Shown here piece by piece: positions 11,901 to 21,234 of a DNA stretch of 64,000 bases (position 1 is its first letter; the number at the start of each line of letters is the position of its first letter). A model generated the notes under the pieces. The model saw nothing but the letters and a program-made list of their open reading frames with translations. It made no database searches and was not told the origin of the DNA. The translations under genes were made by a program, and so were the position numbers. Source of the DNA: an uncultured bacterium (GTDB lineage Bacteria; Patescibacteriota; Minisyncoccia; Phycocordibacterales; GWA1-40-21); the NCBI GenBank assembly GCA_903831305.1, contig CAIKXE010000011.1, positions 12,002 to 76,001 of the forward strand, given 5' to 3'.

Positions 11901-12190
11901 ATAAAACTAAAATTGGGAAATTGGTACAATTTTCTCCACTTGAGGATGGTGATAGTACAGATGTATTGTTCGATGTTTTCCTTATAGATGTTCAGGAATT
12001 TATTTTAAACTCTACCTTAATTACCGAATTTATTGATAAGCCTCCACAGTGGCTGTCGGATATTGGTAATAAAGAGAAACAGATTGAACATCTGCAAGAG
12101 TGTGTTTTGATTCATGTCTTTGAAAAAATTCAATTTAAACTTCACAATGAATTTAGTGGGTATATATTACTAACAGATAAGATAAAATAA
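8993..12190 (+). CDS. large hypothetical membrane protein (N-terminal TM bundle, long soluble region)
   Basis: 1065-aa ORF with several hydrophobic helices in roughly residues 50-205; no family recognised. Confidence 0.8.
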   Translation: MKTFFYKNIILKIKSFFQKKERSLLDIANREKKNNKELKRIVKNKLPPLWMPSVSSFLRIFFVMMFFWIISHPKYLVELILSPLHSLFLHTPFLKTVVPYIIKMFSLLPHSIPIISEGGNLLAVHAGVGSVLIGLAFFVAQSLTDKSDSEKSRVLLYKSYFFPLLVAEVMAFFFFIGKTNVLVYIPIAGIAFWTLYSLGKVIDILVKEYKMEEAKKRVLLNVTKENFIRILDRETTYRIGNNFIYKKYESSGILDVNPFGFSRDKKTVVRIKSQKSGAIVDIKMNELERLILLLSQAVKVDFPIGNAETTNDNGVKVKSESLCCLLTLLGHKIELEQPLFEIKKEIADKIGVKRLEKIIERVFLIKDDISEVEARTEVLKLKDRCILAINNQQTGELEKIIKLYVELVNEFSKYFNLYHGGCFSSEQARQERNSFFERLKPLDWISKDIREIFDRGINSEDLNIIRDVAYLPIMLVQQAIESKDHLIFQEFIPYSLVLYEKAFDFSKKDREKESEIMFDRTWRYLKELSAYYLESKLKEEDYPEGDFKDYYIQILKILQALLKSSFDKKDLTNFNKFLKVTSDLFNRLDRPYSNSSYTNTEKVFNLLDGKRQEMFFGVSSWILFILKNNKDLQVREFYNAVQNELPSDIIEFTRVFLQSHSFDTEDHWGWDWWESRPDEGVHTINVLEKLEQFFVVRLLILLGSKSDQEIEKISLPHNRDLAFLAEGTRDAIKIIDDIEKNPGNWTFILDSESVKRCLALRNLLKKAHDQQEQDDLRCKREADISRDKVEKFKKYFIENYKQSHPIKEMLKDFGLLSNKTNKKVGKEIKKLGINTLFDKGAFLGDEVNWYIHYTGIKEAFGFGRSMVYGENEYVLGKIRGKAKEITEDRFENTLAGIQLSNIVLIATNHAVWKFFERSNSNWIPKWHSEFPKELFGNQIIEGVYRFKDKIIPVYQLFTSGSSSSDIFILDKTKIGKLVQFSPLEDGDSTDVLFDVFLIDVQEFILNSTLITEFIDKPPQWLSDIGNKEKQIEHLQECVLIHVFEKIQFKLHNEFSGYILLTDKIK

Positions 12191-12193
12191 TTT

Positions 12194-13696
12194 ATGAAGC
12201 CCATATCCAAATCTCTATTCCTTCAATACTTAATCTGTCCTAAAGACGCGTGGTTTAGGCTGCACCAGCCGGACCTGGAGGAATTTAATGTCTCCTTTTC
12301 GGACCAAAATGTGATGGCCCAGGGTAATGTGGTGGAGGATTGTGCTAAGAAACTTAAGATATTCTCCGGTTTTGTGGAAGTCAAAAGCCGGGCTTTCTCG
12401 GCCAGCAAGGAGATAGACAAGCTGATTGCTGAAGAAGTACCAGCAATCTATCAGCCAACCTTCAGCGTTGATGGTTTTATAATCCGCTGTGACTTTCTGG
12501 TTTGGAATGCCAAAACCAAGAAATGGGACTTATACGAGGTTAAAGGTACAAATTCCAAGAAGGATGACGATGGACCGCGGGACCATATCTCTGATCTAGC
12601 TTTCCAAACAATTGTGCTGGAGCGATACGGTCTTAGCATCGGTAGTAAATATATTGTTCATTTGAACAAAGAATACGTTAGGGGTAAGGAGCTGGATGTT
12701 GAAGAACTCTTTGTTATTAATGATAGCACCGAGCAGGTAGAACTAAAGAAAGCTACTACCGATGCGCAGATGGAGAAAGCTAAGGCGTATTTGAATCAAG
12801 AGGATGAGCCTAAAGACGGCTGTAACTGTCATTTATTAGGTAGAAGTAATCATTGTGAGACATTTAAGAAATCACACCCCGAGATACCGGATTATTCCGT
12901 CCATGATATATCCAGGATAGGTTCAACGCCTGATAAGCTGATTCAACTGGTCAAGAACGGTATCTATCATCTCCACGAAGCGGAAGACATATCTGATTTT
13001 ACCATTCCCCAACAAAACCAGATTCAGGCCCATAAGACAAAGAAAGAGATAATTGTCAGAGAAGAAATTGCTAATATTCTGGACAATTATACCTATCCGC
13101 TGTACTTCTTTGATTATGAGACCTTTGCACCTGCCGTGCCTATCTATGAAGGATTTAGCTCATATCAGCGTATACCAATCCAATTTTCCTTGCATATTAT
13201 TGAAAAGATGGCCGGACCTGTCCGTCATCTGGACTATCTTCACCTAGAGAATACTGACCCTTCAGAAACTGTTGCTAAGATGCTAGGCGAGGTCATAGAT
13301 CCTAAAGGAACAGTCCTGGCCTGGAATGTCTCTTTTGAGAAAGGCGTTACATCGGAGATAGCGGAAAGACTGCCTAAGTATGAGCCGGTGATAACGAGGA
13401 TTTGTGGCCAGATGAGAGACCTTCGGGATATTTTTTCCCAGCAGCATTATGTCCATAAGGATTTTAAAGGGAAAACCTCAATTGAAGCTGTTATGAACGT
13501 GTTATTGCCAGATATGACTTATGATCATTTACCATATACTGGTAGTGATGTGGGTTTTGTCTGGTGGAATGATATAGTCAATCAAGGTAAGGAACCTTCT
13601 GAAAGGGAGGAGAAGATACATCTAATCCGGGAATACTGTAAACAAGATACTTTTGTAATGGTGGAGATTTTTAGAATATTGAATAGTATTATATAA
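12194..13696 (+). CDS. DUF2779 protein (PD-(D/E)xK/Cas4-like N-terminus + RNase H-like domain)
   Basis: ISKS..LQYLICPK, RCDFL...LYEVKG...DLAFQ, YPLYFFDYET, PIQFSLH, YCKQDT. Confidence 0.85.
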   Translation: MKPISKSLFLQYLICPKDAWFRLHQPDLEEFNVSFSDQNVMAQGNVVEDCAKKLKIFSGFVEVKSRAFSASKEIDKLIAEEVPAIYQPTFSVDGFIIRCDFLVWNAKTKKWDLYEVKGTNSKKDDDGPRDHISDLAFQTIVLERYGLSIGSKYIVHLNKEYVRGKELDVEELFVINDSTEQVELKKATTDAQMEKAKAYLNQEDEPKDGCNCHLLGRSNHCETFKKSHPEIPDYSVHDISRIGSTPDKLIQLVKNGIYHLHEAEDISDFTIPQQNQIQAHKTKKEIIVREEIANILDNYTYPLYFFDYETFAPAVPIYEGFSSYQRIPIQFSLHIIEKMAGPVRHLDYLHLENTDPSETVAKMLGEVIDPKGTVLAWNVSFEKGVTSEIAERLPKYEPVITRICGQMRDLRDIFSQQHYVHKDFKGKTSIEAVMNVLLPDMTYDHLPYTGSDVGFVWWNDIVNQGKEPSEREEKIHLIREYCKQDTFVMVEIFRILNSII

Positions 13697-13727
13697 TCAA
13701 TTTAATACAAAAATCTGTAAATAAAAT

Positions 13728-14444
13728 ATGAAAAATAAAAGATATATAATCATAGTGCTTACAGTCCTTTTGTTGCTTATTTTGGGTGCGTATCAATTAT
13801 TTATTCTTAATCAAGAAAAACAACTAGATGTAGTCAATAAAAACACTGTTCGTGTTTGGGATGCAGAAACCGCATCATTCGTAGAATACGCTTCTTATGA
13901 AGAAATGGAGCAAGAATGGGAGAATGAAAGAAAAAGAGAAGTTGAGGAATATGATAAAACCACTAGGGGGACAATTGTGGAGCAAATTCAAAATATAAAT
14001 ATCCCATCAGATGTTGATGAAAGTGAGGTAGCCCAATTACAACAAGGAGAGGTAGAGGTTCGTAGCGAAAAATCGGAGGATTTTCCAGACGGGATTTTCT
14101 CGTGGGGAGCTTACTTAGTTGAAAATATAAAATCTTTCACTATTGGTGATTTTAATAACGACGGACTAGATGATGTTGCCCATATCATTGCATACACAGG
14201 TGGCGGTAGTGGAATGTTTTACAATCTCGTTATCTTTATGAATAATCAAGGCAAATTAAAGTATTTAACTCAAGAAGGGTTGGGTGACAGAGTTATCATC
14301 CAGAGTGTAAAATATGAATCTGGAGAGTTTATTGTTGATATAATTACTCAAGGTGAAGGGGATAATTTTAAAGGGTATTGTTGTCCAAACGTACCAAAGA
14401 CTGTTAAATTTAAGCTAGAAAATAGTAAATTAGTAGAATTTTAA
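13728..14444 (+). CDS. membrane-anchored extracytoplasmic hypothetical protein
   Basis: N-terminal TM helix; GDFNNDGLDD Ca-binding-like loop, GGGSG, LGDRV, CCP. Confidence 0.75.
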   Translation: MKNKRYIIIVLTVLLLLILGAYQLFILNQEKQLDVVNKNTVRVWDAETASFVEYASYEEMEQEWENERKREVEEYDKTTRGTIVEQIQNINIPSDVDESEVAQLQQGEVEVRSEKSEDFPDGIFSWGAYLVENIKSFTIGDFNNDGLDDVAHIIAYTGGGSGMFYNLVIFMNNQGKLKYLTQEGLGDRVIIQSVKYESGEFIVDIITQGEGDNFKGYCCPNVPKTVKFKLENSKLVEF

Positions 14445-14445
14445 A

Positions 14446-14583
14446 ATGGATATGGATGATGAAGTATTTGAAAAAGCAAAAGAGGAGGATTTGACACTAG
14501 ATGAAGCTGAACAGCTTCAGGAGCTTGTCGACGAAACAGGTCTTGATGTTGATGAAGCTGAAGAACTTCGCCAGGAATTATAA
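14446..14583 (+). CDS. small hyper-acidic protein (45 aa), absent from the ORF track
   Basis: MDMDDEVFEKAKEEDLTLDEAEQLQELVDETGLDVDEAEELRQEL*; starts 1 nt after the upstream stop and ends 7 nt before the next ATG at 14591. Confidence 0.7.
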   Translation: MDMDDEVFEKAKEEDLTLDEAEQLQELVDETGLDVDEAEELRQEL

Positions 14584-14590
14584 AAAAGTC

Positions 14591-15127
14591 ATGGGAGAAG
14601 AAAATAAACAAAAGTATATCAAGATATTAAAATTGGACCCAAACCTTGCTAGGACCGGTAGGTATACCAGGTCACTTGAAAAGTATCTTGAAAAGAATAA
14701 CCGGTCATTTAACATAGTAGACGGTAATTACATTGTCTATGTGTCTGATAAAAATGAGGCTATAAGAATAGGTTTTGAATTGAGAAAATATGAAATTGAG
14801 TATTTTGATGGTGTGGAATTATTACCCTTGGAACTTGAACCAAAAAGAATAAAAGGCGAACGAGCAAAAAGAGCGGCGCCAGATTCTTCCTCCGGTAAGA
14901 CAGTGACAGTTAGTCAGTTCATGAAAAAAACCAAACAAGATATCAAGCTAGATTGTTTAGTTAAGGCTGAAATAATCAAAAGGAAATTACTAACAAGAAA
15001 AGAAATGGAGACGGCTATATCTTGGGGGAAGTTAAAGACAATAAAGTTTAGAAATAAGGAGTATTTTGATCGTCAGGAAATATTTGATTACCTGAAAAGT
15101 AATTTTCGTTATGATACTGGAAACTAA
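14591..15127 (+). CDS. hypothetical protein with a C-terminal excisionase/MerR-like HTH
   Basis: Start moved to MGEENK (14591) because 14501-14583 is occupied by the acidic ORF; C-terminus AISWGKLKTIKFRNKEYFDRQEIFDYL resembles HTH_17. Confidence 0.6.
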   Translation: MGEENKQKYIKILKLDPNLARTGRYTRSLEKYLEKNNRSFNIVDGNYIVYVSDKNEAIRIGFELRKYEIEYFDGVELLPLELEPKRIKGERAKRAAPDSSSGKTVTVSQFMKKTKQDIKLDCLVKAEIIKRKLLTRKEMETAISWGKLKTIKFRNKEYFDRQEIFDYLKSNFRYDTGN

Positions 15128-15132
15128 TTTTA

Positions 15133-16053
15133 CTACCAGCAAATCACTGGCTCCCCATCAGTAACTTCATTTAGATAGGCTTTAGCTTCTTCAATTCCTC
15201 CTATTTTATCTATCAGGCCTAGTTCCTTAGCTTTCTCTCCTAAGACGGATGAACTATCAGCAAAGCTTTTGACCGCAGCCATGGTGAGTCCACGATTCTC
15301 AGAAACTGACTTGATAAAATTGTTATAAATAATATTTATATCTCTCATAAAAAGAGCCTTTTCACCGGCAGTTAAGGCTTTGTCAGGATTGCCAGAATCT
15401 TTAAACTCCCCAGAAGAAATTTGCTCATAGATCAACCCTTCCTTTTTATTTTTCTCTACATTGCTGACATAAGACATGGTGACGCCAATACTACCCACAT
15501 CAGAATTAGCCGAGGCAAATATTTTATCCGCACTACTTATTGCCCAATAGGCAGATGAAACGCCTAGATCTCGTATAACAGCAATGACTGGTTTTGCACT
15601 AGCTTTTACCGCCTTAGCAATTTCCTCACCGGCTACTGGAGAACCACCACCAGAATCAACTTCTATTAGAATAGCCTTAATGTCTGGATCTAAATTAGCA
15701 TCTTCAATTGACCAGGTGACTTCTTCGCTGGAGGTTTGATCATAATCAAAGAATGAATCACCTTCAGCGTGATTCGGAATATAGGTGACGACTGTGCCAT
15801 GGAGGTTAATACCTATAACAGAACAAGCTTGATCTGAACTAGTCTCTGATTCACTACTATAATCACTCGAAGATAAATCTTCTGAGTTGTAACCAGAAGA
15901 TCCACCAAAAACATAAAAAGAAATAAAGCAACCAATAAAGACACCGGCGGCAATGACAGCTATACCAATAAGCGCTGGCGAAATCTTTTTTAAAAAAGCG
16001 TAGACTTTTTTAACCTGACCTTTTTCTTTTTTTGTTACATTTATTCCTTCCAT
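15133..16053 (-). CDS. sppA: signal peptide peptidase SppA (S49), copy 1
   Basis: VDSGGGSP, SSAYWAISSADKIFA, VGSIGV, SGEFKD, GLIDKIG; start set at MEGINV. Confidence 0.9.
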   Translation of the reverse strand: MEGINVTKKEKGQVKKVYAFLKKISPALIGIAVIAAGVFIGCFISFYVFGGSSGYNSEDLSSSDYSSESETSSDQACSVIGINLHGTVVTYIPNHAEGDSFFDYDQTSSEEVTWSIEDANLDPDIKAILIEVDSGGGSPVAGEEIAKAVKASAKPVIAVIRDLGVSSAYWAISSADKIFASANSDVGSIGVTMSYVSNVEKNKKEGLIYEQISSGEFKDSGNPDKALTAGEKALFMRDINIIYNNFIKSVSENRGLTMAAVKSFADSSSVLGEKAKELGLIDKIGGIEEAKAYLNEVTDGEPVICW

Positions 16054-16132
16054 AAAGTTATAGTGATTATAGCACAAGATTGTTTGGTAATCCTATTTTT
16101 CAGTTATTTCTATTTGTGCTATCATCGAATAT

Positions 16133-16630
16133 ATGAAAAGAGAGATTAAATCACTGATGAAAACCCGGCAAATGGGTGTCCTGCCTTATACCTACAGAGA
16201 CTTGGATAGCTTGGAGGAGATAAGAGACCGGAAGATAGATGGTGTTCACGCCTATTGTTTTTATAATGATAAATTGGTTCTGGTTTATTCTGATAAAAAA
16301 GGCTATTGGACCCCAGCCGGCGGAGGAACAGAGAAAGGAGAAAATGTTGAAGAAACAGTTATAAGAGAAGTTAAGGAGGAAACCAATATGAGAGTTTTGA
16401 AGCAGAAAATAATTGGCTATCAGGAAGTCTTTGAACCAGACAGAATCCATGTTCAAACCAGATCAGTTTGTTTGGTAGAACCTTATGGACCTTTTGTTTC
16501 TGATCCCGACGGTGATATTACGGTCATAAAATTAATTGATCCAAAAGATTACAAACAATATTTTGACTGGGGAGAGGTGGGGGATTATATTATGCAGAGA
16601 GCGTTGGAATTATTAAAAGATTTAAAGTAA
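16133..16630 (+). CDS. NUDIX hydrolase
   Basis: Nudix box GGGTEKGENVEETVIREVKEET. Confidence 0.9.
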   Translation: MKREIKSLMKTRQMGVLPYTYRDLDSLEEIRDRKIDGVHAYCFYNDKLVLVYSDKKGYWTPAGGGTEKGENVEETVIREVKEETNMRVLKQKIIGYQEVFEPDRIHVQTRSVCLVEPYGPFVSDPDGDITVIKLIDPKDYKQYFDWGEVGDYIMQRALELLKDLK

Positions 16631-16631
16631 A

Positions 16632-17702
16632 ATGGAAAAAGGCAGTAATAAAAAAATACACGTCGCCCTCTTGTTCGGCGGAAAATCGGCGGAACATGAA
16701 GTCTCTATAAGATCGGCACAGAGTATTTATAATGTTCTAGACAAGAGTAAATATAAAATCACGCTTGTTGGCATTGATAAGAACGGTACTTGGTTGTCTT
16801 TGAATACTCAGCAATTTCTTTCAAGTAAAGAAATTCTTTTAGACAAACAAATACTACCCTATAGTATTGATAATTTATTCCAGTCAGACAAATCAAAAGT
16901 CGATGTTGTCTTTCCAGTCCTTCACGGTCCTTTTGGTGAAGACGGCACGATTCAAGGTTTGCTAAAATTAGCTAATATCTCTTTTGTCGGGGCGGGTGTC
17001 CTTGGTTCAGCGGTGGGTATGGATAAGGAAGTTGCTAAGAGACTTTTGCGAGATGCTGGATTATCGACCGCTAAGTTTAATGTCTACAGTGAATTTGAAA
17101 GAAAAACTATTTCCTTTGAAAAAGTCAGAAAAAATCTTGGTTTGCCACTCTTCGTTAAGCCAGCGAATCTGGGATCTTCTGTTGGTATTACGAAGGTTCA
17201 TAATAAAGCTGAGTTTATAAAAGCAATTAATTTTGCTTTCCAGTATGACAGCAAAATCCTCATCGAAGAATTCATAAAAGGGAAAGAGATAGAGTGTTCC
17301 GTATTGGGAAATGAAAAGCCTATCGCTTCAGTTTGTGGTGAGATTATACCTCATCACGAGTTTTATTCTTACGAAGCAAAATATTTGGATGATAATGGTG
17401 CAGCTCTTTCCATCCCCGCTAAGATTACAAAACCACTTATGAAAAAGATTCAGACACTAGCCGTAAGAGCATTTAATGTCCTCTGCTGTGAAGGAATGGC
17501 GAGAGTAGATTTTTTCTTAAAGGAAAATGGAGAAATTTATATAAACGAAATAAACACCATTCCGGGTTTTACTTCAATCAGTATGTACCCTAAACTTTGG
17601 GAGGAAAGTGGTATCCCTTATGGAAAACTTATTGATACCTTAATTAAACTAGCAATCAGCAGACACAATAAGGAACAAAAATTAAAAACATCTTTTAAAT
17701 AA
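16632..17702 (+). CDS. ddl: D-alanine--D-alanine ligase
   Basis: GGKSAEHEVS, LHGPFGEDG, GSSVG, FYSYEAKY, EINTIPGFT. Confidence 0.95.
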   Translation: MEKGSNKKIHVALLFGGKSAEHEVSIRSAQSIYNVLDKSKYKITLVGIDKNGTWLSLNTQQFLSSKEILLDKQILPYSIDNLFQSDKSKVDVVFPVLHGPFGEDGTIQGLLKLANISFVGAGVLGSAVGMDKEVAKRLLRDAGLSTAKFNVYSEFERKTISFEKVRKNLGLPLFVKPANLGSSVGITKVHNKAEFIKAINFAFQYDSKILIEEFIKGKEIECSVLGNEKPIASVCGEIIPHHEFYSYEAKYLDDNGAALSIPAKITKPLMKKIQTLAVRAFNVLCCEGMARVDFFLKENGEIYINEINTIPGFTSISMYPKLWEESGIPYGKLIDTLIKLAISRHNKEQKLKTSFK

Positions 17703-17706
17703 AAAT

Positions 17707-18669
17707 ATGACATATAAATATTCATCACAAGTAGAGTCTGAGTATGGTCTCAAAGGACCTCTAGCTTTTGACCAAATCCATAATGGTCCGGATAACGATG
17801 TTTTTATTGTCACTGATTTTAAAAATACTAATTATGTCTTAAGACAGAGCAAAAGACTGGGTAAAAACGCCATGTTTGAAATGGAGGTACTTACCAAACT
17901 TGCTCAAGTTAGTTTTTTATCGCCGGAACCATTACAAACAAAGTCTAAAGCATTTTTAATAAATATTGATAAAATCCAGTTAGTCCTTTTTACTTATATA
18001 AAAGGAACACAAATTCCCCAGCTTGGTACCGAGCATCTGGAAACCGATGTTATAGAGCGTGGTGCTAAAAAGCTTGGTGAATTGCATAGTCTGACCAAAA
18101 ACATAAAAGTTAGTGATATACCTTCGCGGACTATTTTTACCGAGTATGACCGTCTACTCGCGCTTGACATGGAAAAGCTCAAGCCTTTTAAGGATTTTGA
18201 AATTCTTTTGGATCAAGTAAAAGATTTTTATTCAAAGGCGGAATCGAGAATTAAGGGTGGCAAAGAATTATATGGTGTAATCCATAATGATTATGGTATC
18301 CAAAATTTAATTTACATAAAGGACGATTGCTATATTATTGATTTTGACTGGGCGTGTTATGGGCCATTGTTAAAGGATCTTGGATTAGCCGTCGCTATCT
18401 GGCCTCTATATTCAAAAGATGGTGTTCCGTCCAGAACTATAATTGACAGATTTCTTAAGAGTTATAACGAAACAGCGCCTCAAACAGTCGCTTACGATAA
18501 AGATCTGATTTTTTGGGTATGTTTCGCTTGTTTATCTGATACATGTACTTTTATCACCGATACAGTTCAAAATAATTACAAATATGGTGAGAAGGCCATT
18601 AATGATGTGGAACAATGTCGAATGTATAAGAAATTCGAGTATTTTTATAAGGAACTAAAAAATAAATAA
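17707..18669 (+). CDS. APH / type II homoserine kinase-like phosphotransferase
   Basis: LGELH, IHNDYGIQN, IIDFDWA, DLG kinase-fold motifs. Confidence 0.85.
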   Translation: MTYKYSSQVESEYGLKGPLAFDQIHNGPDNDVFIVTDFKNTNYVLRQSKRLGKNAMFEMEVLTKLAQVSFLSPEPLQTKSKAFLINIDKIQLVLFTYIKGTQIPQLGTEHLETDVIERGAKKLGELHSLTKNIKVSDIPSRTIFTEYDRLLALDMEKLKPFKDFEILLDQVKDFYSKAESRIKGGKELYGVIHNDYGIQNLIYIKDDCYIIDFDWACYGPLLKDLGLAVAIWPLYSKDGVPSRTIIDRFLKSYNETAPQTVAYDKDLIFWVCFACLSDTCTFITDTVQNNYKYGEKAINDVEQCRMYKKFEYFYKELKNK

Positions 18670-18830
18670 AATATTAGAATAATTTAGAAGGATATGAGGA
18701 AAGAATTAAGAAATTTGGTATTTACAGGATTGAGGTGGGGCCAGTTTTGTAGTTCTGATTTTTGTGTTATTATCCTTAATATAAAAGGTATCATGCAAAT
18801 CTAAATGCCGTGTAGTATAGTTATAATTTA

Positions 18831-20324
18831 ATGCAAAATAATCTAAACGAGAAAACTACAGAAAAGAAAATAACAAGTCGAAGCGAGGATTATTCCCAGT
18901 GGTATTTAGATGTTATTGAGGCCGCTGATTTAGCTGATAGCAGTCCAGTTCGTGGTTGCATGATCATTAAGCCTTATGGCTACGCGATTTGGGAGAAAAT
19001 TCATGATATTTTAGACAAGAAGTTCAAACAGCAAGGTGTTCAGAACGCGTATTTTCCACTATTTATACCGCAAAGCTTTTTGACGAAAGAAGCTAAACAT
19101 GTCGAGGGTTTTGCTAAAGAGGTGGCTATAGTAACTCATCACCGGTTAGAAAGTGACGGCCATGGTGGATTAAAACCTGCTGGTGAACTAGCCGAGCCTC
19201 TAATTATACGTCCAACCTCTGAAACCATAATTTATGATACTTTTTCTCGTTGGATCCACTCCTATCGTGATTTACCATTATTAATTAACCAATGGGCAAA
19301 TGTGGTTCGTTGGGAAATGAGAACGCGTCCGTTTCTCCGTACTACGGAATTCCTATGGCAGGAGGGACATACTGCTCACAAAAATAAAGAGGAAGCCGAA
19401 GAAATGACCTTAAAGATGATCAAAGAATATCAAGATTTTTCGGAAACATATATGGCTCTGCCTGTTATCCCGGGATACAAAACTGAGAGTGAAAAATTTG
19501 CCGGCGCAGATTATACCACCTGCATCGAGGCTATGATGCAAGACGGAAAATCTTTACAAGCCGGTACCTCTCATCTGCTAGGTCAAAACTTTGCGAAGGC
19601 TTTTGAGGTTTCTTTTTTAAATGAAAAAGGTGAAAAAGAGTATGTCTGGCAAACAAGCTGGGGCGTCAGTACTCGTCTGATTGGCGCTTTAATTATGGCT
19701 CATAGTGATGATAAAGGATTAGTCTTGCCTCCTAATTTAGCACCTATTCCAGTAGTCATCATTCCTATCGGCCAAGGGAAACCAGATTATGAGCAGGTTC
19801 TAAGTTTTGCCAAGAATCTGTCAGTGAAGATAAGCAAAGAAACTAATTTAACAATTAATCTTGACGATCGAGACCTTCGTCCTGGAGAAAAATTTTTCTA
19901 TTGGGAAAAAAGAGGTGTGCCTATTAGGATTGAAATTGGACCCAAGGATTTGCAAAACAATTCTGTCGTCTTTGCTCGTAGAGACACCGGGGAGAAGGCC
20001 ACCGTCTTAATTCAGGATGTTATTCTTAAAACTCGAGAAACTCTTAACGATATTCAAAAGAGTTTATATCTGAAGGCTGAATCATTCAGAAATGATAACA
20101 CTCATTTCATTGATAATCTGGCTGATTTTAAGAAAATGGTTGATGGTAAAGGAGGATTTATTAATTCTCATTGGTGCGGAAGCTCTGAGTGTGAAGCTAA
20201 GATTAAGGAAACAACTGGGGCGACCATCCGTTGTGTACCTTTTAATCAGAAAGAAGAGGTAGGGAAGTGTATTTTATGTGGAGGTAAATCTAATGGTCGG
20301 GTCATGTTTGCAAAGTCGTACTAA
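18831..20324 (+). CDS. proS: proline--tRNA ligase (archaeal/eukaryote-type)
   Basis: IRPTSET, QWANVVRWE, FLRTTEFLWQEGHT, TSWGVSTR, C-terminal Zn domain ending FAKSY. Confidence 0.97.
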   Translation: MQNNLNEKTTEKKITSRSEDYSQWYLDVIEAADLADSSPVRGCMIIKPYGYAIWEKIHDILDKKFKQQGVQNAYFPLFIPQSFLTKEAKHVEGFAKEVAIVTHHRLESDGHGGLKPAGELAEPLIIRPTSETIIYDTFSRWIHSYRDLPLLINQWANVVRWEMRTRPFLRTTEFLWQEGHTAHKNKEEAEEMTLKMIKEYQDFSETYMALPVIPGYKTESEKFAGADYTTCIEAMMQDGKSLQAGTSHLLGQNFAKAFEVSFLNEKGEKEYVWQTSWGVSTRLIGALIMAHSDDKGLVLPPNLAPIPVVIIPIGQGKPDYEQVLSFAKNLSVKISKETNLTINLDDRDLRPGEKFFYWEKRGVPIRIEIGPKDLQNNSVVFARRDTGEKATVLIQDVILKTRETLNDIQKSLYLKAESFRNDNTHFIDNLADFKKMVDGKGGFINSHWCGSSECEAKIKETTGATIRCVPFNQKEEVGKCILCGGKSNGRVMFAKSY

Positions 20325-20422
20325 TTTTTTTAGTCTTAACGACATGAAACAAATTTTATTGCTTAATCTATAAAGGCCACTAAAAAGAGGTAAAAAGCTA
20401 GAAATTGGGTTATAATACCAAG

Positions 20423-21229
20423 ATGAAAGTTGCTTTAGTAAATTTTGCCGAATATGAGAAATTCAATAGCACTGTTTCCTTTAAACAGGACTTGGAATTC
20501 TTAGTGGAAAACAAAATTGACTATGTTGATTATTGTTTTAACTACGATAAGAAGTTAGACCTATTGGCCGGTTTCAGAAAGGCCCTTGCTAATCCTGAGA
20601 TAGATTTGATTTGGTTTGTCTGTGGCGGAAATAAAACAATAAAATTTCTGGACGATATTGATTGGGAGGTCGTCAAAAAAGCTAATAAAATATATGCCGG
20701 GGCGTCTGACTTTACTCATTTCTCATTTAAAGCAGTTCAAAACGGGCAGGTTTGTTATTACGGTACTAGTTTACAAGAAATCAAAAAATATCATCCATCG
20801 CCTAAATCAAGAAAATATCTAGCTGATTTTTTACAGACTGGAAAAATTGAAAAATATAATCATACAAATCTGTATAAAACTGTGAGTAATTTGGATGAGG
20901 AGAAAATCGTAGGTGGACATACTTTCCTGACCACTTTTATGCTTAATGAGGTCAAAATTGATTTAAGAGATAGATTTCTGTTTCTTGAACACCACTATAT
21001 ACCAGGTGAATCCCTAGAGGATCTTGAATATTTTGTTGATCAAATCAAAATGGTCACCAAAGGTAATTTACCAAAGGGCTTTATCTTTGGTCACAGCATG
21101 TTGTTTGGAAAAAAAGGTAAAATTATGAATGTCGCCACGATTAATAAAAAAATGGTTGAATGGCTAAGGGAGTATGATTTGCCTATAGCCTATATTGATC
21201 ATTTTAAACAGATCGTTAAATTTTCTTAA
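20423..21229 (+). CDS. S66 family LD-carboxypeptidase / MccF-like peptidase (divergent)
   Basis: NPEIDLIWFVCGG, GASDFT (catalytic Ser), IVGG, LFLE; ATG 6 nt after TATAAT. Confidence 0.75.
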   Translation: MKVALVNFAEYEKFNSTVSFKQDLEFLVENKIDYVDYCFNYDKKLDLLAGFRKALANPEIDLIWFVCGGNKTIKFLDDIDWEVVKKANKIYAGASDFTHFSFKAVQNGQVCYYGTSLQEIKKYHPSPKSRKYLADFLQTGKIEKYNHTNLYKTVSNLDEEKIVGGHTFLTTFMLNEVKIDLRDRFLFLEHHYIPGESLEDLEYFVDQIKMVTKGNLPKGFIFGHSMLFGKKGKIMNVATINKKMVEWLREYDLPIAYIDHFKQIVKFS

Positions 21230-21234
21230 ATATT

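Noticed and set aside
18670-18830. T-box leader for proS, or a 36-aa ORF
   Set aside because: No T-box antiterminator consensus or terminator seen; the short ORF has no supporting features
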